A stretch of 42,912 bases of DNA from Octopus bimaculoides (lineage: Eukaryota): NCBI RefSeq assembly GCF_001194135.2, contig NC_068984.1, forward strand, positions 106,912,722 to 106,955,633. Reading direction: 5' to 3'. Both the position numbers and the translations under genes were made by a program. This document shows, one piece after another, positions 1-11,462 of this stretch (position 1 is its first letter; every line of letters begins with the position of its first letter). The notes beneath the pieces were generated by a model that was given only the letters and a program-made list of their open reading frames with translations, did not search any database and had not been told where the DNA came from.

Positions 1-27
1 CTAACCACTGGGCCATTGCGCCTCCAC
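1..27 (-). mobile_element. 5' head of tRNA-derived SINE (family C), running off the window edge
   Basis: Reverse complement GTGGAGGCGCAATGGCCCAGTGGTTAG is identical to 16005-16031 and contains the A-box-like TGGCCCAGTGG. Confidence 0.85.
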
Positions 28-68
<41 letters not shown>

Positions 69-69
69 C

Positions 70-100
<31 letters not shown>

Positions 101-126
101 CATACATACATACATACATACATACA
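28..126. repeat. Compound microsatellite (AGAT)n + (TACA)n
   Basis: Direct reading. Confidence 0.98.
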
Positions 127-1321
127 TGACGTTATCTTGGTAATTTTAAGCTTACCGTGCGATTACAACAAAAATTGCTTTCTCAAAATGTCTCAATCAT
201 CATCGTATACTTTCTGTGTTAAATTTAATAGACGCATTTAGCTTCAACTGACTTGCTCCGATTTACTATGGAATATTTCTTGTGAAATCCTATTGAACTA
301 TTAATAATGACTTTACATTGAAAATAACATTATTCAGAAACTCAAATTCATCCAATCACAACTTACATCTGTTTGCAAATTTGTTCTATTGAATATCTAT
401 ATTATTATGAGAGCAGCTTATCTTTTTACTGCTTCCTTTGGTCAAAGATTATGAGATCTTACATAACATCCCATTATTTTTCAGAAATGTTATGTGGCAC
501 ATAATTACTGTACAGTACAATGAGAAATTGTATAATCAAATGGACAATAAAATCCAAAGATCCAAATTATTTCTTGCCAATAAAATCTGCAAGCGTTTAG
601 TATTGCACAAGTATGAATTTCTCAATAACAAAATCAACGTCGATTGTAGAGCACAATATTAAGAAATAATTTCCCGAAGAGAGGATTTCTTCGCTGTACT
701 GTTATTATGCCTAGTCAACGTTGATTATAAATCAGCTAACATCAAATATGCTGGTAATGTTTTGGAGATCAGCATGGATGTCATCTGACATAGCTCCTCT
801 TCTAATGTTTTAAGCATTTACTAGCGTAAATACTTGATGTTGCCCCAACTACAGACACAGAGCATACCTGTTTATTTACTAAAATCATAGTAAAGCTTCT
901 GGTCAGAGTCAATATCAGATGAGGTAACGTACATAGCTTTTTTCGATATAGTTTACAAATTCTTCTTTAGATTTCTGTCTGAAACAACAGGTGCTGGACA
1001 TCTCCGTGAGTTGTAGAATGACTTTAATCCCGTTTCTTATCCGTTTAACTCTATACCAAATTCTGACTCTAACCACTAACTCTGTGTTTTAAAATCCAAA
1101 TTCTGATGCTTAATCGGGCCGTAAACTAGTTATTTATAACCTCTGATCCTAAATGTTTTAGAATCATTATTTCAATATTTAAAACACGATTCTGAAAAAA
1201 AGAAGATTTTAAGGAAATTTTAAATTGAAAATCTTATGGCCAGTTGCGTCCTGCTCAACAGAGAAGGGGAAGATTGAAAAAGTAATTTCATGTTCAGAAA
1301 GAATGTAATCTCTGATGATTT

Positions 1322-1332
1322 TATATATATAC

Positions 1333-1367
<35 letters not shown>

Positions 1368-1408
1368 TGTATGTATGTATGTATGTATGTATCCATGTAT
1401 GTATGTAT
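1322..1408. repeat. (TA)n/(TATG)n microsatellite
   Basis: Direct reading. Confidence 0.97.
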
Positions 1409-1886
1409 GACGGTTGACAATTCAAATATAAGACTGTAGGTCTGAATGACCCCACGCAAGTGCAGGGTATATATATCCCCACCACCTGTATAGAGTACAG
1501 CCACACCTATATCCAGCCTCCAATTAACCTAGCATCATCAAATCAGATTAATCACACGTAAAGACCACCGCTGAGAATGATTTAACACTCCACTAAAAAT
1601 GACGACTGATGAACTCACTGCAACCTACCATGTGAGTTACTAAATGTGGTGAACTGAGGTCCCTGGATACACTTCACCTCTATTTACCGCAAAAGCGGTC
1701 AAGACACCCTGCCCAAATTCTCTCTGAGCACTTAGGCAATAGAATAATGAAGAGAACAAACGACATTTCTACAGCTATAACATCACGTGACCTGAGCTGA
1801 GTCACGCTGTTATTTAAAACACAACTCCTACCGAATCTGTTGAGTGCCAGTTTCTTTCGTTGGTCATTCACTCGCACACACACACA

Positions 1887-1919
<33 letters not shown>

Positions 1920-1921
<2 letters not shown>

Positions 1922-3095
1922 AAGAAGGGAGATCTCTCTAACATCAACAACTACAAGGGGATCTCACTGACGTTACTTGTGGCAAAGACCCTCAACACGA
2001 TGTTTCTTAACAGGATCCAGCCCAAGATGAAGAAGTTCAGGGACAACCTCAACGGCTTCAGAGAATGAAAATCAACCACCAGACACATCTCAATAATGAG
2101 GAGAATATTAGAGAGGGCTAGATAAAAGACCCTTCCTGCTGTCATGGTTTTTATTTACTTTAAGAAGGCCTTTGATTCTGTGGACCGTCACTGCTTGATG
2201 AAGATCTTACAAGTTTATGGAATTCCAAGAAGATAGGGGACATGACATCACTGCGCAACACCAACACCAGAGCCCAAGTCACTACACCTGATGGGATGAT
2301 TGAATTCTTTGAGATAAGGGCAAGAGTGGTGGACTATTGTATGCGCCTTGCGTTGGAGAAACACCAGGATTCTGGCTTTACGGTAACACCGGCTCAGAGC
2401 AGGAGGTTCAAGGTTAAAAAGATATCAGATGCTGAATTTGCTGACGACATAGTTCTGGTTAGAAACACAGTGAGAGAGACAGAAGATTTGGTGCAGGAGG
2501 TGGAGACTGTATCGATGAGTGTGGAGCTGAAAATGAATGAAATTAAGACGAAGTATCTGGCAGAGGACATTAAGAAGCCAGAGAAGATTATGAATGTAGG
2601 CGGGAAGTCACTATCTGGGAGCAAAGATTGGGAACACAGAGGGTGATATAGATGAGAGAAAGAGTAGAGCCTGAGCGGCATGCCACAGTTTGAGATCTGT
2701 ATGGAAGTCGGACCTTCGTAAAGACCGGCAGATCCGTCTTTTCGTTGTTGCAGTGGTGTCTGTGCTGTTGTACGGGCCTCAGACGTGGACACTGACCAAG
2801 AAACTCACTCATATGGATGATGGGTGCTACACGAGAATGCTGAGGATTACTCTGAACATTAATCAGTATACACTGAAGATGAAGAACTCAGACATGTACG
2901 AGAGCCTCCCAATAGTTAGCTCGAAAATAACACAGAGGAGACTGAGGTTAGCTGGACATGCTCAGACCATCATTCAGAGTTGATACAGCACTCAGTGCCC
3001 TAGTGGGAGCCCCTACACGGACACACTAGAAGAGGAACAAAGACCACTGGAAAGAACTCGTTCATGGATCTTGGGAATTGTACCCGCCGCCTTAG
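1920..3095 (+). pseudogene. Decayed RTE-like non-LTR retrotransposon reverse transcriptase (5'-truncated, frameshifted)
   Basis: Pieces KKGDLSNINNYKGISL...NGFR, FIYFKKAFDSVDR, EFADDIVL, SVLLYGPQTWTLTKK, RRLRLAGH and WEPLHG are typical LINE RT and C-terminal motifs; stops and frameshifts are present. Confidence 0.9.
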
Positions 3096-3096
3096 A

Positions 3097-3107
3097 TGTA
3101 TGTATGC

Positions 3108-3155
<48 letters not shown>
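3097..3155. repeat. (TA)n microsatellite
   Basis: Direct reading. Confidence 0.95.
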
Positions 3156-3158
<3 letters not shown>

Positions 3159-3229
3159 AGTAATTTTGATGACGTAAACATAAATACTAACGGTGAAGCA
3201 AGTCCGGAAAAAGCCCAACCATCTAGTGG

Positions 3230-3279
3230 CCTTAACTGATGAGGGAATGGAAATATTCTGAAACTGACGTCAATATTAA
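3230..3279 (+). ncRNA. Degenerate minimal hammerhead-ribozyme-like motif
   Basis: CTGATGA (3236-3242), short stem II, GAAA (3260-3263), C-TGAC-GTC with putative cleavage triplet GTC (3269-3271). Stem I does not pair properly. Confidence 0.3.
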
Positions 3280-4304
3280 AAATTCGCGATCGGCACTTTT
3301 CGGACGATTATAGCCCCTGTTAGTGTATATGTTTTCATTTATGTGTGTTAACTACAGCATTAGAGTTGTTTGGCTCTTATTTCTTGCAATGTGCCTGTTA
3401 CCTAACACCCTAGTCACATTTAGTGACAATTATAATTCTCCTTTTTGATGAAACATTACAAACTGCTTTGTATATTATGTTACTGGGGCAGTTGTATACA
3501 AAGCTCATTGGGGTAGTACACATTTATTTTTGTAATCGAAAACAGATTCTGCAGACACAATTTCAAGCTTGCAATGTTTTATTCACCGCAACGTTATGTT
3601 CCTGATATTTTCCTTCAGCGAATGCCAGGTATTTCTATTAATACATGCCCGTATATATGTGTTTGTGTGTGTGTGCAAGTATGTGCCTAAGTGTGCGCAT
3701 GTGCGAGATGAGAGAAAAGGAGAGAGAACCAACAATTGATTTGATGTAATTATTTGACCCATAACTGCCTCAGAACAGTCACAACGTAAAGAGCCAGGAC
3801 CTCAACGCATTTAGTTTGACTCACACAATATAATGTATGTGTGTACGTAGTACGCGAGCCTACATGCGTATGTGTGTGAAGGGTGAAGAAATATGTCTAT
3901 TTGCGAACGTGTTTAAGTTGTTATGTGTGTATATATATATATATATGTGTATACCAGTATCTCTTTATACGCATGCTGTATATGTGAGTGCCTTGTGTAT
4001 TTTATAATATGTATGTATACATATGCACATGCGTGTATCTCTTTTCATACGCGCATACATACTCACACGCACATGCACACACACATTTATACACAGACGT
4101 AAGGCTGGTTGGTCGAACTAGAGCTACTATTTCTCCACCTTTCCCCATTACTCCTTGTCAAATTTCGTTGATTCCCCATATACTTTAACATCATTCTCCA
4201 CTTTCCCTTTGAAGTCTCAATCAACTCACACCATTTCTCTTACAGCCTTCTCGCAACAGTCGTGACAGAAAAGTCCAGTTCGATTTCCTACGTCTTACGA
4301 TAAA

Positions 4305-4555
4305 ATACATACACACATACGTATATACAAGCAAATACATACATACATACATACATACATACATACATACCATACATACATACTTGCATGCATGCATACA
4401 TACATACATACATACATACATACATGTGTGTGTGTGTGCTTGTGCGTGTGCTTGTGTGTGTGTGTCTATATATATCCTACAAACATACTGACACTTACAT
4501 ACAGACAGACAGATAGTCAGACAGATAGTCAGACAGACAGACATACAAACATACT
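4305..4555. repeat. Compound (TACA)n/(TG)n/(GACA)n microsatellite
   Basis: Direct reading. Confidence 0.95.
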
Positions 4556-4905
4556 TATATACATATATTCATACATACGAAAAATATTGACATAAAGAGT
4601 AGATGATCGTCGTTCAGGAACAAAAGATAGCTACTAAATACTTCATCAAGAAGGGAGATAAGGATGCCTCTAAGCATCAACTTTGAGATACAAAACGAAC
4701 ATCAACTGTACCAGTGTAATAGATATCGCCCACATCTTGAGAGACTGTCTAAAGATGCCTGCTGGATAACAGTCTCACGAGAAAAAATATTGTTATTAAA
4801 ATAATTTTCAACGATATCTGTAATTATTTCGTTCCGACAGATATATCAAATGCACATCAAAATAAAAAAATTCCAAACATTTAGAAATAGAAACCGTTCT
4901 TTTTG

Positions 4906-5100
4906 AAGGAGGCGATCTGACAAAGTTGTTAGGGGCTGTCGGAAAAAGTACTTTGCATTTTTCTTTCCGGTTCTGTAAGTTCTGAGTTCAATTCCAGCCA
5001 GAATCAACTTTTTTCTTGTCCTCGTTCCTGGGTCGATGAAATTAAACACCAGTCAAGTATTGTAGTCGATGTTGTCGATTAACAACTTCGCTTCATAAAA
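4906..5100 (+). mobile_element. SINE family A, diverged copy
   Basis: Matches the recurring core TTCTGAGTTCAA...GGTCGAT(A)AAAT...ACCAGT...GTCGATGT seen in about 17 copies in this window. Confidence 0.7.
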
Positions 5101-5142
5101 TACTTTAACATTTTGGCTTTCACCCAGAATCAGAAATCCCTA

Positions 5143-5346
5143 AGTGATATAAGCTGGCACAAGTGTTAGAGCATCGGAAACTTTACTTTCCGGCATATGT
5201 TCCGACTCCACATTCTGTGTCCAAATCAAACCAACGTCGACTTTTCCTTTATTTTATTCTGGTCGATAACAAAAAAAGAAAAAAAAAGAGTAAAATAGCA
5301 ACCAAGTAAAATACATTCCTGCAAACCTGCTGGCCTTGTTCCTAAA
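5143..5346 (+). mobile_element. SINE family A, diverged copy
   Basis: AGCTGGCACAAGTGTTAG head, CAAAT...GTCGACTTT core and GCTGGCCTTGT tail. Confidence 0.7.
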
Positions 5347-5367
5347 TCATCATCATCATCATCATCA

Positions 5368-5414
<47 letters not shown>
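5346..5414. repeat. (ATC)n/(ATT)n array
   Basis: Direct reading. Confidence 0.98.
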
Positions 5415-5968
5415 GAGTGACAGAGCAGTACTTGCCATCAAAGTGACACTGGAATAAAATATACGAAGCCCAGTATACCTATTATGACTGCCCGTCTGAT
5501 AAGGGTACACCAGGCACATGCATCACAACCATTTGTGCGCAACATGGTGATTTCATATCAAATTAAACAGCGCATGACTTCGCAGGTGGGGCCCAGTTAG
5601 AATTTTCTTCAGGTCGAGTAGCCCATCCCGTTCAAAAGGTCCCTGAATAAGGGTTGTTTTAGAATATTGAATGAAACACTCATGGTTCCAAAGGTGAATT
5701 ATCCAAAACACAGAGAATTCCTATCAACACATGTCTGTGATGCTCCCCAACAATTTCTGCTCGAGATCAGAGATGCACATATCGTCAGTCACTAAGGGAC
5801 ATGATTAAATGGTTATAATCTAACAACTGACAAGCAAATCTGTGGTATTAAGCAGAATATTTGCTGTAGCCCATCTTTTATACCAAGACAAAACAATGTA
5901 CTCAATAACACTTCCAATCAATTAGGATAAGAACCCATTTGAGTCACTGCCTGGTGCTGCATCAGGGC
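5415..5968 (-). mobile_element. Non-coding ~550-bp element bounded by (TAA)n on both sides; putative non-autonomous partner or UTR of an R4/Dong-like element
   Basis: Sharp boundaries with the arrays. The minus-strand head GCCCTGATGCAGCACCAGGCAGTGACTC is shared with the element ending at 7029. No ORF. Confidence 0.65.
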
Positions 5969-5970
5969 AT

Positions 5971-6019
5971 TTATATCTATTATTATTATTATTATTATTG
6001 TTGTTGTTGTTGTTGTTGC

Positions 6020-6085
<66 letters not shown>

Positions 6086-6100
6086 CATCATCATCATCAT
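5971..6100. repeat. (ATT)n/(GTT)n/(ATC)n array
   Basis: Direct reading. Confidence 0.98.
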
Positions 6101-6618
6101 CTCTTTATCACAGGTTTTGTTGGAGCTCCTGGCTTATCACAGGTTTTATCGGAGCTCCTGGCTGCGTAGCTAGCTTACTACATGCAGCCTATGGTACCAC
6201 GCTATTCGTTCTTTTTAGCTGTCTAATACTTCCCTAATTATTCTGCTCGTGCCAAGGAGGCAAGCCTTTTGTAACAGTTCTACTGGGCACTCTATTCCAA
6301 TTTCCTTTATATTCCTCTTGATGTCTTCTGATACTTTTCTCAAGGACTCAACAATAATTGGCACTATCTTTTCCTTTTTCATTTCCTATAGCCGGGCTAT
6401 TTCGTACTTAAGAGGGTTCTATCTATCTATCTTTTCGCCTTCTTACTTGACTATTTTTGGGTCAAAGGGGCATGCAACATCAACCATATAACATGTGTTT
6501 CCGGTCTGTTATGCTGTCGCACCTGGCCTGTTTGGGTTGGCAAATCGCTGAAGATTTTGCTAGTCTCCGACACTCTCACTCTCTGCGCTCTGTGCTCATA
6601 CCACGTCTTGTCTCTCTA

Positions 6619-6620
<2 letters not shown>
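6101..6620 (-). pseudogene. 3' end of an R4/Dong-like (RLE-endonuclease) non-LTR retrotransposon, copy 1
   Basis: Manual minus-strand translation across frameshifts: KTWYEH...QHNRPE, CYMVDVACPFD, LKYEIARL, IVPIIV, IGIECPVELLQKACLLGTSRIIREVLDS* (stop at 6215-6217). This is a PD-(D/E)xK RLE domain, followed by a 3' UTR and the array. Confidence 0.85.
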
Positions 6621-6662
<42 letters not shown>

Positions 6663-6672
6663 NNNNNNNNNN

Positions 6673-6707
<35 letters not shown>
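6621..6707. repeat. (ATT)n array containing a 10-N gap (6663-6672)
   Basis: Direct reading. Confidence 0.97.
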
Positions 6708-7028
6708 GTCTTTGCACAGCTTATAACGTTAGAGATATACTACGGTGTCAGCTGTTCACTACCAGTGAACTAAAGTAACACTCCTTATTTTTCGAGCACC
6801 ACCCGGAGTATTCGAGCAGTTCCAAGCAGTGCTGTTTTCTGCAAATGTTCCATCCTTATTGCAGCCTCTATTTGTTCCATGTACTTCTCAAGACTTTTAT
6901 TCATTGTTCCCAGGGCTCCTACAGTTATTGGTACTACTACCACCTTTTTCAGCGACCACAACTGCTTTCCACAGCTGATCAATTAAGATCAGAAGCTACG
7001 AGAGCCACTGCCTGGTACTGCATCCGGG

Positions 7029-7029
<1 letters not shown>
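6708..7029 (-). pseudogene. Internally deleted R4/Dong-like element, copy 2 (5' head fused to RLE C-terminus and 3' UTR)
   Basis: ORF 6785-6982 QLWSLKKVVVVPITVGALGT...EHLQKTALLGTARILRVVLEK* is the conserved C-terminus of RLE-clade ORFs; the element is flanked by (TAA)n on both sides. Confidence 0.85.
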
Positions 7030-7100
<71 letters not shown>

Positions 7101-7113
7101 TGTTGTTGTTGTT
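7030..7113. repeat. (ATT)n + (GTT)n array
   Basis: Direct reading. Confidence 0.98.
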
Positions 7114-7196
7114 GCTCTGAAAAATAGCCTCTCTTAAGCACATAATGAACAACCAACAGAAATAAAATATTGGCAATGCTCATTTGCAATGCAGTT

Positions 7197-7342
7197 TCAA
7201 TCCCTATCTGAAACCATTTCACTTTCGCTGTTTATGGCTAACTCAAGCTTATAGAAATATGTCACACGTCTACGGTCAAGACGCATCATTCCAGCAATGC
7301 TGCCGCGATATTCCATTTTAGAAGCCATTACGTTAATGATGT
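7197..7342 (-). CDS. Candidate terminal coding exon of an unidentified gene
   Basis: Acceptor ctttatccgttttgtacag, then open frame (D)IINVMASKMEYRGSIAGMMRLDRRRVTYFYKLELAINSESEMVSDRD*; non-repetitive and more GC-rich than the flanks. No homolog recognised. Confidence 0.3.
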
Positions 7343-10300
7343 CTGTACAAAACGGATAAAGTTTGCAATTTACATATTCCGTGTGAATGAATATGGCGTC
7401 AAATAAAAACAATTTTAATTATTTGGTTTATACATTTTCTTTAAGATGACTTTTCTATTTCAAGTTATATCTTGTATGCATATTTTCTTCTGTTGCTTGT
7501 TATGTACTCATTTTGTTTTATTAGTTCTCCTGCAGTTTAAGAGCATATTTCATTTCTGAGCAAACGTTCTGAACTGTAGTCAATTGCTTACCCAATCTGT
7601 GAGTTGCTGGTAGATGATGATTAGAAAACTAAAATTACATTCATTTCATCTCATCTTTATTTCTAAATCTATTGCACATGGTGTATTACAGTGTATTACA
7701 GTTAGTATGAAATGATATAGAAAATCTGTATATGCACATCGTATACATCGTACTGAAATTTAATCATTTGCTATAATGCTTTGAAATGAAAGTTGTAATT
7801 AGCTTCAGATTACTTAGATGTATTTCTGAACGTTAAACAATTAATCGATAGCCACACGTAATTGCAACAAGATTTTTCTGTTTAGTTTGCTGTTTGGTTT
7901 CTTTTAGATACATTAATTACAAGGTAACAATTCATTATTTCGGAGCAATGATTTATTAAAATCACCAGAGGCAAACCTATATTATTATTTCGATGCTGTA
8001 AGTAACCAACATATTGTTCATAATTTATTTTGAAACTGTCGTGGCATTGCCGGCGAAAAGTCAGTCCAAAATATTTTACAGACTTCATGACAGGTATGAA
8101 TTCGATTTCTAAAACAGGCATCTACATTATTTTGATTAAAATCCGGTGACAGTATAATAAGTAATTTATAATCACAGTTAAATTTACATTAGTAGCTGTT
8201 ATAAACAGCAGCGACTGAGAAGAAAGAGAGAATATAATGATGAAGTTCATGTCTTCTTTAAAAAATGCCTTGTATATCAAAAGGGAAGGCACGTAAAGAA
8301 AGGTGCCAAAACCTTTATATTATGTATCTGAAGAGAAAACTGATATTAGGTTTCTGCTACAAACGAAGACATATTCTACGGCAACAAAATTTGTGAAATA
8401 TGATTGAGAAGAGAAGGCAGAGATGGGAGAGAAGGGTATGAGATGGGTCCTCCATGCGTCAATTTAACACCTTTTGCCGAACGTGCTTTATGTGTGTGGT
8501 AATTGCGTACACTGGAGCTTAAAACCTATTTGTTCATTGCAGAAGGCGTGACTGAAAAAGATGCAATTTTATGTTGTTAGTGGAAATCAACAGCACTTGA
8601 GCTTAGTTGGATGCAATAAAATCACGTGAACAAAGAAACACGATAAAATAGATAACAGCAATCGTAATCCCAGCAACAATGTACGTTACAAAATCAATGG
8701 CACTACATTGAAACCAATGTGCAAATAAACAAGGTGAATCCACAACAAACTTGTGAATTTCGGTAGAAACATAACCAAGGGCGGAGTTTTGTCATGCTTT
8801 TATTCTTCTGTTAATAAATGTTGCTGCATATTTCTTTTCACTGAGTAAAATATCTTCATATTTTAGAAGAATAGAATAGGGAAATATAATGTATAAAACA
8901 TCAAAGGATAAATCCATGATAATTAAGAGCTCGATGAATAAGAGGTCGTTAAACTCTGTTAGATTATTACACTGCAGTAAAGCCAAGTGGAACCGATATG
9001 CATGCATATATATAATCAGCTAAAAGGTTCTTTTAGATCAACATATTTAGTATAAAAGCAGAAAAGCGTCAATTTCACCTATAGTTCATAATTGAATTGC
9101 ATTCAACAGTTGTTTCATTAATTATAGAATTGAGATACATAATTAATCAAAGTTAAATTAATTCAAGTCAAATTAATAAAAAAACAGTGTTTACTCAAAT
9201 CATTGAGAATGTTACACTCTTCATTTCATTCCTAAAAACATTAATAGATCGACTAATGTGAGATAGTTTAAACTGGGATATAGAAATGATGTCGCTCTGC
9301 AGTACGCTACTCACCCTTGCTTCTGAATATTTATTTTCGTTGTGCTTACAACCTATTATTTTATAGAAGATGAGGGGTGGAGCCAGTAAGAGTGACATTA
9401 ACGTGTACTCATAGACGATTATAAATATATGTTTCACTGATAGAAAAGTTATTTGCTGCTATGAGGTACTTGACAGAGATAAAATCAATTTACCGCATCC
9501 TAGGTAAAATGGCTTGGAATATTATGAAGCCGTTATGTTTCTAAGCGCATAAGCAGTGTAAAGGCAATGAATTAGCCTTACCTACGTTTCGAAACTGTTC
9601 TATCTCCTCATATTTACGATATTGCATATTGGTCAAAGATTTGCTTATCTTATTGGTTCTTTCTTTTTGAATGAGTGGTATCTTTCAGTCGATTTATGAA
9701 TGTTACTGGTAGTTATTTTATCAATCCCTGGTTGCATTTGAAACCATAATGTAGATAGCGAAGACAGAAAATGTCGGAAGGGAGATGTTATAAACGGCTT
9801 CTGCTTACTGAATTATTTCAGAGAGACATATAACATTTATTATTTACTGCATCTGCTACTTAGAAATTGTCCTGTGCCTTTTATATAGTGAACACTTGAA
9901 GATTATTTATTCATTAAAATAGAAACTAGATTTGATGTTAAAACTTTTATCTTTTTACCGTGTTGCGATTGTAGATAATCTATAATATAAAAGAGGAAAT
10001 AACGTGATATTTATAAAAAGATCAAAACCGATTGGTGTAAAAGTAAACTCATGATCAATGGTTAGTAGCTTTGGCCCTATCAACTGAACTGAAACGACCT
10101 GATTTATGTAGTTTGGATGCTAATTAAAACCACTTTTTCTATTAATGCAGCAGAAAGCTGTAGTAATTATTGCAGTTACTCATCGCAATTCATGCCGACA
10201 TTTTCCCCTTTTCTAACGTTCTATCAATCATTCAATGCCACTAAAATTGGAAAACGTGTCCACTAAGAAAGGGCGAAAAGAAAAAGAGGGAAATAAATGT

Positions 10301-11184
10301 AAATATATATGAAAGAAAAAGAGCGAATGTCAAACTAAGCAGACAAACGTATATATATAAGCTGTCGATTAATGACGGCTACAAAAACTCGTCCTTCCGA
10401 AAGAGTGTACATTGAAACGGAAATAACAGTATATATTATGGTTTATTAATGTCACGAATGTAACATTTATGTATGTGAGCCTTTTTCAACGATCTCTTGA
10501 TGAATAACTGTTTCTTTGGATTGGATATTTGCTATTACAGGAACTGATTCATATGTAATTGTAAAACGAAAAAGGAAAGTGAAAGGAAGAAACTTAACTC
10601 CCTGATACTGAGTTTCTATCCCATTTGAAAAGCAATATTTGGTTCCGTGGTGAAAGCCATAAGTGGCGGTATTTGAAAAATTGTGAGAGCCAAAACACAG
10701 GAGGCTAAACACGCTGCTAATATATTGAGACTCCTATCTATGTTAGTTATGGACGACTAATAGTACTAATTATCCTTAATGAGAAAGCCTCTTTCCTTCT
10801 CAAAAAACATCCCCTCCGCAACAAAAATAAAATCACGTTACGCGCAAGGGATGAGACTTTATCCATCGTAAAATGCTTAACGTATGCAATAAAGTGATGA
10901 TTTAAAAATTCCCCGGTGTAATCTGAACATAAAAAAAGTAATAAGAAGCAACTAAGGATTGCAAGGTATTTAGTCCGGTTCCTTGATTACTTTTCACATA
11001 GTCTTGATTGTGAGAAAAGGTGTTATCAATTCAATCGACGAAAGAACATCACTTGTCTGTATTTCGCAATGTGTGTGCGAGTAACTATATGTCTATTTAT
11101 CTATCTACCCGTCTGTCTGAGTATCCATTACACATCTATACGATGTGTAGATCGTTATATCATTATAGATGTGTATATCATTAT

Positions 11185-11397
11185 ATCGGCCAGACTGACG
11201 GGTGTTCCATTACACCACCAGCTACAACGCGTTTCTTTCCAGCGTTGAAGGTTTCGAATGACGCTACCCTGCTGGCTCGGCTGACAATCCAACATTTCCC
11301 TTGGACGGAATGTCAGTGTCACGCAGGGTCACCAATTTACAGCTCCGAGATCTGGGGTAGAATGAAATGAATTCTTCCTCTCAAGAGCACAAAGCAT
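11185..11397 (-). mobile_element. Diverged SINE-like fragment
   Basis: CCCTTGGACGG...GCAGGGTCACCAATTTACAGCT...GAAATGAA...CTCAAGAGCACAA resembles the minus strand of a tRNA-SINE body; pattern recall only. Confidence 0.4.
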
Positions 11398-11426
11398 ACA
11401 TTATATGTATGTTTACATTTATATAC

Positions 11427-11462
<36 letters not shown>

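Noticed and set aside
462-489. 13-bp match CATAACATCCCAT with 36818-36830
   Set aside because: Matches of this length are expected by chance in 43 kb of AT-rich DNA, and the frames contain stops.
5525-5645. HDV-like ribozyme on the minus strand of the non-coding TAA element
   Set aside because: P4 (TGCGC/GCGCA), a CAAA J4/2 and a wobble-rich P2 can be drawn, but P1 has two mismatches, P1.1 and the conserved L3 G are missing, and it is not at the element's 5' end. Worth retesting only on a consensus.
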